From the NCBI GenBank assembly GCA_030390025.1, contig CM059431.1:154568001-154632000 (forward strand): a stretch of DNA of 64,000 nt, read 5' to 3'. This document shows positions 51,176 to 64,000 of this stretch, piece by piece. Under the pieces are notes generated by a model. The model was not told the origin of the DNA and did no database searches. It was given only the letters and a program-made list of their open reading frames with translations. The stretch is from Squalus acanthias. Its lineage: Eukaryota. How positions within the stretch are numbered: the first letter of the stretch is position 1; the number at the start of each line of letters is the position of its first letter. The translations under genes were made by a program, and so were the position numbers.

Positions 51176-51374
51176 GAAATCAGATCCCTAGCTGAATGTC
51201 ACCGCAGAAGCGATGCATCCCAAATCTTTTTCGATACCGTGCTGGAAAAGGGAGCTCTGGGAGAAAGAAAAATGTGGAACATATTGCTTCAACTGCAGAA
51301 CACCAAACCCAAGCTGAAAAATACATTGTCAGTGATAGAGAATAGAAGTACAGAGGGAGAAAGTGATCTAGAAG
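51176..51374 (+). CDS. Exon B3 of CARD-like module
   Basis: ttcttgttAG|GAAATC...CTAGAAG|GTTAGT; 199 nt, open: EIRSLAECHRRSDASQIFFDTVLEKGALGERKMWNILLQLQNTKPKLKNTLSVIENRSTEGESDLE. Confidence 0.8.
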
Positions 51375-52440
51375 GTTAGTGGCATCCAAATCTAATTTTC
51401 CGTTAGAATAACAAAGTTTTATTTAAGATGAGCACTATTTTTTACTCGTTTAGGTGAAGTGGGCGTCGCTGCCAAGGCCAGCATTTATTACCCATCCCTA
51501 GTTGCCCTTGAGAAGGTGGTTGCTAGCCGCTTTCCTGAAAAGTGGTGAAGGTTCTCGCACAATGCTGTTGCGGAGGCAGTGCCATGAGTTTGACAAAGCG
51601 ACAATGAAGGAACGGCGATATTCTTCCAAGAGAGGATGGTGTGTGACTTGGAAGGGAACTTGAAAGTGGTGGTGCTCCCAGGCGCCTGATAATCTTGACC
51701 TTCCAGTTGCTACAGGTCGCGTGTTTCGGAGGTACTGGCGAAGATGCCTTGACGAGTTGCCGCAATGCATTTTGTACATGGTGCACTCTGCAGCCACTTT
51801 TTGGCAGTGGGGAAGGGACTGGATGCTACTAAATTATACAGGTTGTGTGAGTTTTATACTCGATTCTTTGATCGACCTTTGGCACTGCCCGTTATAAATT
51901 TCAGCTTGGACAGAGCTCCACTACTCCGATGCAAATTCACCTTTTGTTCCACGGATCCGTGATGCCCTCATTACCTGACCTACTTTGATTCCTTAAATCA
52001 CATTGATCATTTGTGAAAGGCTCCTACTCATCCTCAAATCTCTCGCCTACCTTATCTCTAAAGTCGTCTTCACATCCCCACATTTGCACTCCAGTCCCTC
52101 CTCTCCCCTTGCTGTGCTCTCCAGTGTACCATTTCATCAGCTAAGACCTCCAGATATGGAACTCATCCACACCGACTGGAACTCTGCTCCTATGAGCTTC
52201 CATCTCTGTACTTCTTACTTATTTAAACAACCGACCACACTAAGCCAGGCCTGGGTTGCTTCTCTTAACTCCAGCAGAAAAGTCAGCGTTAATTCTGAAT
52301 ACCAGCTCTGTAAGGAAGCACTGGCAGTATTCACTGAATGAAAGACTCTCTAAAGAACTTCTGTCGCGATAGCCGTTAGTTCAGAGTATTCACTGATCCA
52401 TTGCATTTATGTTAATCTGTTCTCATTTACACCTTCACAG

Positions 52441-52610
52441 AAAATGCAGATACTGAAATATTCCCAACTTTGGCGAGCTACACGGATTTCCAGCTGCGCA
52501 GAGTTATCATTTGCTACCGTCAGAGACTAGAGCAGTCAATTGAAGAGGTAGTCGAGGCCGTAAGTCTGTCGCTTGTAGATGCAAACGTGCTTACTGAAAC
52601 AAATCATAAG
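52441..52610 (+). CDS. Exon A4 of CARD-like module
   Basis: accttcacAG|AAAATGCA...CATAAG|GTatgt; 170 nt, open: (E)NADTEIFPTLASYTDFQLRRVIICYRQRLEQSIEEVVEAVSLSLVDANVLTETNHK. Confidence 0.8.
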
Positions 52611-52670
52611 GTATGTTTCATCTATGTTTGAATCGTATAGTGTTAAATGACTCAAACGATTGACTGTTTA

Positions 52671-55600
52671 TAGTCATAAAGTCATAGAGTCACAGAGTTG
52701 TACAGCACAGAATGAGGCCCTTCGGCCCATCGTGTCCGGCGACGGCCATCAAGCCCTGTCTATTCTATTCCCATTTTCCAGCACTTGGTCCATAGCCTTG
52801 TATGCTATGGCGTTTCAAGTGCTCATCTAAATGCTTCTTGAATGTTGTCTGGGTTCCTTCCTCTACCACACTTTCAAGCAGTGAGTTCCAGATTCCAACC
52901 ACCCTCTGGGCGAAAAAGTTTTTCCTCAAATTCCCTCTAAACCTCCTGCCCCTTATCTTGAAACTATGCCTCCTTGTTATTGACCACTCTACTAAGGGGA
53001 AAAGTGCATTTCTATCTACCTAATCTATGCCCCACAAAATTTTGTACACCTTTATCAGGTCCTCCCTCAGCCTGCTTTGCTCTAAGGAAAACAACCACAG
53101 CCTGTCCAGTCTCTCTTCATTGCTGTAGCGCTGCTATCCAGGTAACATCCTGGTGAATCTCCTCTGCACCCTCTCCAATGCAATCACATCCTTCCAATCG
53201 TGTGATGACCAGAACTGCACACTTTACTCCAGCTGTGGCCTAACTGGCGTTTTGTTCAGTTCCATCATAACCTCCCTTCTCTTATATTCTGTGACTGGAT
53301 TAATGAAGGCTAGTATCCCATATGCCTTGTTAACAACCTTATCTACCTATCCTGCGACATTCAGGGATCTATGTACATGCACATGAAGTTCCCTCTCATC
53401 CTCTGTCCTTCCTAAGTTCCTACCATTCATTTTGTATTCCCTTGACTTTTTAGGCCCCACAAAATGCATCACCTCAAACTTTTCAGGGTTAAACTTCATT
53501 TGCCACTGTTCTGCACATCTGACCAACACGTCTATATCGTCCTGTAGCCTGAGGCTTCCCTCCTCGCTATTTACCATCCCACCAATTTTCGTGTCATCTG
53601 CGAACTTACTGATCATACCTCCTACATTCATATGTAAATCATTAATGTACACTACAAACAGCAAAGGACCCAGCACCGATCCCTGCGGTACACCACTGGA
53701 CACACGCTTCCAGTCCCAAAAACAACCTTCGACCATCACCCTCTGCATCCTGCACTAATCCAATATTGGATCCAATGTGCCAAGTTGCCCTATATCTAAT
53801 GGGCTCTTACCTTCTTGATCAGTCTCCCATGCGGGTCTGTGTCAAAAGCCTTACTGAAGTCCATGTAGCCACATCAACTGAACTACCCTCATCCACAACC
53901 CGTAGAAAAATTCAATCAAATTGGTCAGACATGATCTCCCCCTGACAAAGCCATGCTGACTATCCTTGATTAATCCTTGCCTCTCCAAGTCGAGACCAAT
54001 TCTGTTCCTCAGAATGTTTTCCAATAATTTCCCGACCACTGATTTTAGGCTCACTGGCCTATAAATCCCTGGTTTATCCCTACTACCCTTCTTGAATAAT
54101 GGTACTACGTTAGCTGTTCTCCATTCCTCTGGCACCTCCCCTGTGGCCAGAGACGTTCTGAAAATTTGTGTCACAGACCCTGCAATCTCCTCCGTTGCCT
54201 CACACAGCAGCCTGGGATACATCTCGTCTGGCCCTGGGGTTTTATCCAATTTTAAGCCCGCTAATACCGCTAGTACCTCCTCCCTCTTAATACTAATTGT
54301 TCAAGTATATCACTATCCCCCTGTCTGATTTCTATGCCTACATCGTCCTTCTCCATAGTGAACACAGATGCAAAATAGTCATTTAAAACCCCGCTAACCT
54401 CTTCTGGCTCGGCAAACCGATTGCCACTTTGGTCCCTAATGGGCCCTACTCTTTCCCTGGTTATCCTCTTGCCCTTAATATACATATAAAACATCTTGGG
54501 ATTTTCCTTTATTTTGCCCGCCAGTGTTATTTCATGCCCCCTCTTCGCTCTCCTAACTTATTTTTTAAGTACCACCCTGCACTTTCCATACTCTTCTTGG
54601 GCTTCCACTGTTTTTAGTCCATTGTATCTGCCAAAAGCCTTCCTTTTCCCCTACTCCATTCTCGTATATCCCATGATATCCAGGGTTCCCTTTGCTTGTT
54701 GGACCCACCCTTGACCTTTATGGGAACATGCTGCCGTTGTACTCTCTCTATTTCCTTTCTGAAAGACTACCCCTGCTCTGTTGTGGATTTTCCTACAAGT
54801 AGCTGATCCCAGTCTAATTTGGCAAGATCCTGCCTTCTCATTTTAAAATCGACCTTGCCCCAACTTAGAACGTTTATTTCCGGTCCATCTTTATCCTTTT
54901 CCATGACTACCTAAATCTCAGCGAATTATGGTCACTGTCAACAAAATACTCTCCTACTAATACTTCTACCACTTGTCCGGCTACATTCCCTAGAATTATG
55001 TCCAGTACCGACCCCTCTCTTGTAGGACTTTCTACATGCTGGCTCTAAAAGCTCTCCTGGATGTACTTTAATAATTTCGCACCCTCTAAGCCTTTCACAC
55101 TCTGACTAGCCCAGTAAATATTGGGGAAGTTGAAATCCCCTACAATTATTACCCTATTATTTCTGCACTTCACTGAGATTTCCCTACATATCTGTTCCTC
55201 TGTCGCCCCCTGACTGTTTGGGGGCATATGGTACAGTAACAGCAAAGTGCTTGCCCCCTTTTTGTTTTTAAGTTATCCACATATGGCCTCATTAGAGGAA
55301 CCTGCTAAGATATCATTCCTCCTTACAGCGGTAATTGATTAATATTGCGACATCCCCTCCTCTTTTAAACCCACCTCTGTTTCGTCTGAAGATTCTATAC
55401 CCCGGAATATTGAGCTGCCAGTCCTGCCCCTCCCTCAACCATGTCTCTGTGATAGCAACAATATCTTACTCCCATGTGCTCATCAACACCTTCAATTCAT
55501 CTATCTTACCCGCAAGACGCCTTGCATTAAAATAAATGCCATCCAGCCTTGCCATACTCCCTTTTGCCGTTACTTATTTGCTCTGCCTGTTAGGCTGCCT

Positions 55601-56604
55601 TGTTTTTTCCTCTATAGTTGGCTGTGCATCACCCCCTACTATCCTCCCACTCCTTATCCCATCCCCCTGCCAAGTAAGTTTAACCCTCCCCAAAGAGTAT
55701 CGGAAATCTCCCCGCAAGAATGATGGTCCCGTTCCGGTTCAGGTGCAACACGTCCGACTTGTACAGGTCCCATCTTCCCCAGAAGCAGACCAAGTGATCC
55801 AGGAAACTACAGCCCTCCCTCGTGCAACAACTCTTTAGCCACGCATTCATCTACTCTATCCTTCTATTCCTATATTCACTGGCATGTGACACCGGGAGTA
55901 ATCCAGAGATTACTACCTTCGAGGTCCTGCTTTTTAATCTGCTACCTACCTCCCTAAATTCTTTCTGCAGTACCTCATCCCTCTTTTTACCCATGTCGTT
56001 GGTACCAATTTGAACCAGTACCTCTGACTGTTCGCCCTGCCCCTTCAGAATGCCCTTCAGCCGTTCAGTGACATCCTTGACCCTGGCACCAGGGAGGCAA
56101 CATACCATCCTGGAGTCACGTCTGCAGCTACAGAAAGGTCTATCTGTTCCCATTACGATAGAATGCCCCTATCACTATTGCTCTCCCACTCGTTTCCTCC
56201 CACCTGCACAGCTAAGCCACTCGTAGTGCCACGGACGTGGCTCTTGCTGCATTCCCCTGAGAAACGAATATCCCCCATCTGTATCCAAAACTTGAAAATC
56301 TGCGGAGTGTGAGATGGGCCCAGGGGACTTCTGCACGACCTTCCTAGTTCCTTTACTCTGTCTGATGGTCACCGATTCCCTGTCTGTCTGTGCACTCTAT
56401 ACCTGCGGTGTGACCAGCTTGGTAAACGTGCTATCCACGAAGATCTCAGCTTCGCGGATTCTCCACAGCGACTCCAGCCGCAGCTCCAGTTCAGAAACGC
56501 GGATTTCGAGAAGCTGCAGCTGGAGACATTTCATGCACATGTGATCGCCCTACACACCTAAAGTGTCTCTGACTTCTAACTTCGCACAGGAGGAGCACTC
56601 CACG
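52671..56604 (-). mobile_element. Near-full-length CR1 LINE (ORF1 zinc finger/coiled coil/SGNH, EN, RT), degenerate
   Basis: 7-bp TSD ctgttta at 52664-52670 and 56605-56611; ORFs 55851-56153 (VCCLPGA..IGTND..VISGLLP), 55045-55245 (VGDFNFP), 53851-54249, 53347-53748 (KFADDTKI); (ctatgact)-type tail. Confidence 0.95.
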
Positions 56605-59600
56605 CTGTTTAGACAGAGAGTATTCTGTGCAAACCAACGATTTAAGCAGTACATTAGGCTGTACTGGTTTAACTTCAGTAGACAATCTGAAATTAATGTC
56701 CTGTGCCAGTGATTTGAAATACGCATCTGAGATATCTCTGTTTAATTAATTTTTCATGAATTGTCAATGCATGCATTCATAATAAGAGAACAGTACCTCA
56801 TGGACGAAACGTGATTTTTTAATAGCAGCCTTCTGTGCCCAAGTATCGTCAGCTGCTTCATCAATGACCTTCCTTCAAAAGGTCAGATTTGTGGCTATTC
56901 GCTAATGCTTGCACAATGTTTAGTTCCGTTCGCAATTCCTCAGAATATGAAGCAGTCCATGCCCGCACACAGCATGATCCTGACAGCATACAAGTTAGGG
57001 GCGAGAAGTGACAGGTAACATTTATGCCACGTAAGTTTCAGGTGCTGGCTACTTGCAACTAGAGAAAGTCTAATCCATTACATTTGATATTCAATGGCTT
57101 TACCATTGGCGTTCTACCACCATGAGTGTTCCGAGGATCAACACTAAAATCAGCTTAGAGAATTTACTGCCAAACCTCTTGCAGTTAACGTTATAACAGT
57201 AGCCAAGCCCCTCGAAACGAGTAATTGAATAAGACAACACATGCAGCGCAAGCAAAACACATCATCATTACAGTCCAATGGACAACCAGGTGCTATGTCA
57301 AAACTGTTATAATCACATCATTCAAATCTCATGTGAATAAGTTAACTGACACATACGAACTGAACAGTATGACAATTCCTACGATCACAGCCGAGATGCT
57401 CGACCCATTCTCCATCAAACCGGCCGTGCGTTTCGAATTGGATTGAGCCATTGCCGGTGGTGCGGACTGAACAATTTCTGCTGAACATATCCAATTGGTT
57501 TCTTCCATTCTACGTCTTGCTAAGCCCCACCCCTACCTCGGCCCAAAACTCAGGGACGTCAACAGACATGGCCGCTGCCGAGGCCACATCCTCTCACCTC
57601 AGGAATTCCATAATGTCGCATTTCATAAAGTAACCCTAGTCTAATCTATGATGTTTATCTGCTCCCTTTCTCCAATAACTCCTCACTTATGTAACACAAA
57701 TATAAAAAGACATAGTACTGTGAATAAAGCTGGGAAGTTCAAGGTACAGGTTGCCTGAGGTTATGATATAATGATGTGATTGACGTGGCTTTTATAAGTG
57801 CAGGATTGGGAGTTGAATTGTGCTCTGTTACCTGAAGATCATGGTAACTTAAGTTGTATGAAAATAGGGAGCATTAATTAACAACAGATACAGTTGCAGA
57901 ATTGGATCTTCAGGAATGATATAAGGAATGATTCAAAATAGAAATCTATAAGTCTGGGGTAACACCATCATAACATAACTCTTTTTCTACAAGGCGTTCG
58001 TTTAATTACACAAAATAATGGAAATGTGATGGAAGAAGAGTTATATTGACAAATTGGAGATAATGCAGCAATAACAGTAACAGTGATTGGTGACTGTAAA
58101 TATCCAAAGTACCGAAGTAACCTAAGTGGGTAAGGGAGGCCGTGGTGTCTGAGTTTTGTCCAGGACATTATTCAGCTGGCTACAATTTTGGACGACAAGA
58201 AAGGATTGAGCATTTCATCTATTTCTAGAAATGGGCAGGGCTAGTCGGTGAGGTAAAGGTAGTGAAACATCTACCAATGTTATCGTTCATATGTTCATAA
58301 GTTAGTATTCAAATGAATTATAAAATGTTTCATAACAATCAAAGCAAGAAATATGTTAAAGGAATAAATCTAATTTCAACGAGGCTGACATATTAGCTGA
58401 GTTATATTGAGGCGCATATGATCAGATAATATCTTGGGTAGGCAATAGGATGATAGCCAAATAAAGTTTTCCCTTACAAGATACACAAATCACACGGGTA
58501 TGAAGGCAGTGCTGGGCAGACAAGAATTACTTGGGCTTGCAGAGAAAATGAAATAAACAATAGATAAAAATTGAATGTCGGAGTGTGGGGCTAGTTATAT
58601 AAAACAACTGAAGGAAGACTGGGTAATATAGTGAACATTCAATAGATGAATGAGTGGCCGGTGACAGAGTTCGAGACAATGATCATATTCCATAGAAACT
58701 TCAAGGAAAAAAGTAACACTAGAAAAGAGCTGTGTAGAGATGAAATGGGAATGGTTCATTTCGAGGACCGTGGAATCACTGAAAGGCTTTTGTTACTGTT
58801 TCGATGAATTAACGTGATACTTGGAATGAATGAAAAACTCATTGAAGTCAATGGAAAAGAAAGTCAGACGAGAGTAAAACTAGGCTGCCAATTCGCTTCT
58901 GCGCGTTTGGTCCAATTGGCCAACATTGTCCAACACATTGTGACCCCTCCTTTATTGCTGTCAACTTGTGCAATCTGAGTATATAAACAAATAACTGTGA
59001 GCTTTCAAAAATATTAAATTCCTTATCTACCAATAATTATTGGTTTTGATCGTATCCTATAGCTGTAACCGTAGCTTTGTGCTTTGATTTTGCACTTTAC
59101 TCTTTTCCATCAATCAGTTCTTGGTTATAATGAGAGAAAGTCCAATTCCCTGGGTGTGTCAAAGCTGCTCCTCTCTATCGCTGTAACCTCTTCCAATCTT
59201 AAAACCGTTCGAAATTCAGGCTCTGGCCCAATTCTTACCTCTTGTGCATCCCCCATTTTCATCGCTCCAACATTGATGGCGTTGTCTTAAGCGGTTTTGA
59301 CACTAAGATCTGAAATTCCCACCAGAAACCACTATGAATCTCAATCTCTCTCCTCTCTAAGACTCTCTTTAAATCTACTCTGTGACCACGCTTTGGTCAG
59401 CTGTACTAATATCTTCCTCTGATGCTTGGTGTTACATTTTTTTTGCTTACAGTCCCTTTGCAACGCTTTGGGACGTTTTACTACGCTAGTTCTTGTCGTT
59501 TCTACTTAATTCTCATTGCAGCCACGCCTATTGTCTGACTAATGCCGTATCTTCCTTTTATTCGCTTATGGGATCTGGGCGTCGCTGGCAAGGACAGCAT

Positions 59601-59752
59601 TTATTGCTCATCCCTTAATTGTTTACTGCATTAACTCCCGATTCTGAGCGTTTCATCTCTCTCCTAAGGGAAGCTAGAAATAGAAAAGTCGTTTCTTATC
59701 CGAGTTTGTACATTACTTCTCTATATATGTTTGCAATATACATTCTTGTTAG

Positions 59753-59951
59753 GAAATCGGATGCCTAGCTGAATGTCACCGCAGAAACGATGCATCCCAA
59801 ATAATTTTCGATAAAATGCTGGAAAAGGGAGCTCGGGGAGAAAGAAAAATGTGGAATATATTGCTTCAACTGCAGAACACCAAACCCAAGCTGAAAAAAA
59901 CATTGTCAGAGATACAGAATAGATGTACAGAGGGAGAAAGTGATCTCGAAG
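59753..59951 (+). CDS. Exon B4 of CARD-like module
   Basis: ttcttgttAG|GAAATC...CTCGAAG|GTTAGT; 199 nt, open: EIGCLAECHRRNDASQIIFDKMLEKGARGERKMWNILLQLQNTKPKLKKTLSEIQNRCTEGESDLE. Confidence 0.8.
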
Positions 59952-61029
59952 GTTAGTGGTATCCAAATCTAAATTTCCGTTAGAATAACAAAGTTTTATT
60001 TAAGATGAGCACTATTTTGTACTCGTTTATGTGATGTGGACGTCGCTTCCAAGGCTAGCATTTATTACCCATCCCTAGGTGCCCTTGAGAAGATGGTGGT
60101 TCGCCGCTTTTCTGAAACGCTGCAGTCCATGCGGTGAAGGTTCTCCCACAATGCTGTTGGGGAGGCAGTTCCATCAGTTTGACAAAGCGACAATGAAGGA
60201 ACGGCGATATACTTCCAAGAGAGGATGGTGTGTGTCTTGGATGGGAACTTGGAAGTGGTGGTGTTCCCAGGCGCCTGATACTATTGACCTTCTAGTTGGT
60301 AGAGGTTGCGGGTTTCGGAGGTACTGGCGAAGAAGCCTTGAGGAGTTGCTGCAGTGCATCTTATAGATAGTCCACTCTGCAGCAAATGTGTGGCAGTGGG
60401 AAAGGGACTGGATGCTACTAATTTATACAGGCTTGTGTGAGTTTTATACTCGATTCCTTGAACGACCTTTGGCACTGCCCGTTATAAATTTCAGCTTGGA
60501 CAGAGCTCAACTACGCCTATGCAAATTCACCTTTTGTTCCACGGATCCGTGATGCCCTCATTAACTGACCTACTTTGATTCCTTAAACTACATTGATCAT
60601 TTGTGAAAGGCGCCGACTCATCCTCAAATCTCTCGCCTACCTTATCTCTAAAGTCGTCTTCACATCCAATATTTTGCACTCAATTCCCTCCTCTCCCCTT
60701 TCTGTGCTCTCCAGAGTACCAGTTCATCTGCTCCGAACTCCAGACATAGAACTCATCCACATCGACTGGAACTCAGCTCCTGAGAGGTTCCATCTTTGCA
60801 CTTCTTACTTATTTAAACAACGAGCACATGTAGCAAGACCTTGGTCGTTTCTCATAAATCCAGCAGAACAGTCAGCGTTAATTCTGAATACCACCTCTGC
60901 AAGGCACCACTAGCAGTGTTCACTGCTTGAAAGACTATCGAAAGAACTTCTGTCGCGATAGCCGTTAGTTTAGATAATTCACTGTTTCATAGCATTTATG
61001 GAATTCTGTTCTCATTTACACCTTCACAG

Positions 61030-61199
61030 AAAATGCAGTTACTGAAATATTATCAACGTTGGCGAACTACACGGATTTCCAGCTGAACAGATTTATCCTT
61101 TTCTACCGTGAGAGACTAGAACAGTCAATTGAAGAGGTAGTGGAGGCCGTTAGTCAGTCGCTTGCAGATGCAAACGTACTTACTGAAACAAATCATAAG
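61030..61199 (+). CDS. Exon A5 of CARD-like module (partner exon B5 expected just beyond the window end)
   Basis: ccttcacAG|AAAATGCA...CATAAG|GTatgt; 170 nt, open: (E)NAVTEILSTLANYTDFQLNRFILFYRERLEQSIEEVVEAVSQSLADANVLTETNHK. Confidence 0.8.
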
Positions 61200-64000
61200 G
61201 TATGTTTCATCTATGTTAGAATCGTATAGTGTTAAATGAGTCAAACGATTGACTGTTTACACAGAGAGTAATATGTGCAAGCCAACGATATTAGCAGTAC
61301 ATAAAGCTGTACTGGTTCAACTTCAGTAGACAATCTGAAATTGTTGTCCTGTGCAAGTGATTTGAAATACTCTTCTGAGATATTACTGTTAAATAAATTT
61401 TTCATGAATTGTCAATGGATGCATTCTTAATAAGAGAACAGTACCTCATGGACTAACCGTGATTTTTAATGGCAGCCTTATGAGCCCAATTATAGTCAGC
61501 TGCTTCATCAATGACCTTCCTTCAAAAGGTCAGATTTGGGTCTATTCGCTAATGATTGCATAATGTTTAGTCCTTTTCCCAATTCCTCTGAAAATGAAGC
61601 AGTCCATGCCCGTACGCAGCATGACCCGGACAACATCCACGTTTGAGCCGATAATTGAGAGGTAACATTTATGCCACGTAAGTTTCAGGTGCTGGCTACT
61701 TGCAACTAAAGAAAGTCTAACCCATTACCATTGACAGTCAATGGCTTTACCATCGGCGTTCTACCACCATGAGTGTCCCGGTGATCACCACTAAAACCAG
61801 CTTTCAGAATTTACTGCAACACCTCAGGCAGTTAACGTTATTCCAATAGCCAAGCCACTCGAAATGAGTAATTGAATAATGCAAAACTTGCAGCGCAAGC
61901 AACACACATCATCATTACAGTCCAATGGACAACTAGGTGCTAAGTCAAAACTGTTAAAATCACATAATTCAAATCTCATATGAATAAGTTAACTGACACA
62001 TACGAACTTAACAGTATGACATTTCCTACGATCACGGCCGAGATTTTCCGCCCATTCTCCATCAAAACGGCCGTGCGCTTCGAATTGGATTGAGCCATTG
62101 CCGGCGGCGCAGAATGAACAATTTCTACTGAACATATCCAATTGGTTTCTTCCATTCTACTTCTTGCTAAGCCCCACCCATACCTCGGCCCAAAACTCGG
62201 ACGTCAACACACCTAGCCTCTCCCGAGGCCACATCCTCTCACCTCAGGAATGCCATAATGTCGCATTTCATAAAATAGCTGTAGTCTAATCTATGATGTT
62301 TTTCTGCTCCCTTTCTCCAATAACTCCTCACTTATGTAGCACAACGTTGAAGAGACATATTACTGTGATTAAAGCTGGGAGGTTCAAGGTACAGATTGTC
62401 TGAGGGTATGATATAATGATGTGATCGACGTGGCTTATTACAGATCATGATTGGGAGATGAATTGTGCTCTGTCACCTGAAGATCATGGTAATTAAGTTG
62501 TATGCAAATAGGGAACATTCATTAATAACAGATTCAGTTGCAGAATTGGATCTTCAGGAATGATATAAGGAATGATTCAAAATAGAAATCTATATATTTG
62601 CGGTGACACCAGAAAATGGAACTCTTTATCTACAAGGCTTCCGTTGTCTTACAGAAAATTGTGGAAAAGGGATAGCAGAAGAGTTATAGAGACAAATTGG
62701 AGATAATGCAGCAATAGCAGTGGCAGTGATTGGTGACTGTAAATATCCAAAATACAAAAGTAACCTAAGTGAGGAAGGGAGGACGTGGTGTCTGAGGTTT
62801 GTCTAGTACATTTTTCAGCTGTGTACAATTTTGGACGACAAGAAAGGATTCAGCCTTTCATCTATTTCTAGAAATGTGCAGGGGCTAGTCGGTGAGGTCC
62901 GGGGTAGTGAAACATCGATCAATGATATCGTTAGTATTCATATGAATTATAAAATGTATCGTTACAATCAAAATAATAAATATGTTAAAGGATTAAATCT
63001 AATGTCAAGTAGGCTGACATATTAGCTCAGTTATATTGAGGAGGATATGATCAGATATCATCGTGGGTAGGCAATAGGAAGATAGCCAAAATATGTTTCC
63101 CACACAGGATACACAAATCACACGGGAATGAAAGCAGTGATGGGCAGACAAGAATTACTTGGGCTTGCAGATGTAATGAAATAAACAATAGATTTGAAAT
63201 TGAATGTAGGATAATTGAGCTAGTTATATAAAACAAATGAAAGGAGCCTGGGTAATATAGTGAACATTTAATAGATGAATGAGTGGCCGGTGACAGAGTT
63301 CGAGACAATGATCGCATTCTAAGTACACTTCGAGCAAAAAAGTTACACAAATGAAAGAGCAGTGTAGAGATGAAATGGGAATGGTTCATTTAGAGGGCGA
63401 AGGATTCACTGAAAAGCTATTGGTGCTGTTTCGATGAATTATCGTGATTTTGGAATGAATGAAAAACTCATTGAAGACAATGGAAAATAAAGTCAGCCAC
63501 AAGTAAAACTGGGCTGCCAATTTGCTTCAGCGCGTTTGACACAATTGGCCAACAACGGCCAACACCTTGTGACCCATTCTTTATGGTTGACAACTAGTGC
63601 AATCTGAGTTTCCAAAAAAGTAACTGTGAGCTTTCCACAATATTAAGGTCCTTAACTACCAATAATTATTCGTTTTGATCGTATCCTATACCTGTAACCG
63701 TAGCTTTGTGCTTTGATTTTGCACTTTCCTCTTTTCCATAGGTCAGTTGCTGGTTATAATGAGAGAAAGTCCAGTCGACCTGGGTGTCTCAAAGCTGATC
63801 TTTTCTATCTCTGTAACCTCTTCCAATCCTACAACCTGTCGAGATCCAGGCGCTGACCCAATTCTTACCTCTTGTGCATCCCCCATTTTCACCGCTCCAC
63901 CATTGATGGCCTTGGCTTACGCGGATTTGAACCTAAGCTCTGGAATTCACACCCGAAACCACTATGAATCTCTATCTCTCTCTTTTTTAAGACTCTCTTT

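Larger units (their letters stand above)
44190..64000 (+). repeat. Tandem duplication family II: units ~44190-51440, ~51440-60030, ~60030-window end (A3B3, A4B4, A5...)
   Basis: The same intron sequences recur in order, e.g. ggcactgcccgttataaatttcagc at ~44646, 51881 and 60471, and tagccaagcccctcgaaa at ~48634, 57200 and 61847. B-to-A introns are 1066 and 1078 nt. Confidence 0.85.

Noticed and set aside
51180..51389. Minus-strand ORFs conserved between units (9734-10072, 51180-51389, 59721-59966)
   Set aside because: Antisense shadows of exon B; the splice signals support the + strand.

Overview
Repeat-rich vertebrate genomic DNA. The CR1, L2, Penelope and SINE families and the host exons look like cartilaginous fish (shark); this is an inference from recall, not a search. 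Most ORFs in the track come from transposons or satellites. The host-gene signal is a tandem array of a two-exon module on the + strand: exon A (170 nt, phase 1->0) at 5320, 19159, 45167, 52441 and 61030, and exon B (199 nt, phase 0->1) at 9730, 22489, 51176 and 59753. All nine exons have AG/GT boundaries, invariant lengths and no stops. They join in frame into 123-aa helical repeats resembling the CARD-like death-fold N-terminus of shark NLR proteins. No NACHT or LRR exon is visible in the window. The array arose by tandem segmental duplication (two unit families), and individual copies later gained insertions: CR1 LINEs, 3-bp-TSD MITEs, a near-intact Penelope-like element with ~1.05-kb inverted arms and hammerhead ribozyme motifs, and 39-bp and 15-bp satellites.
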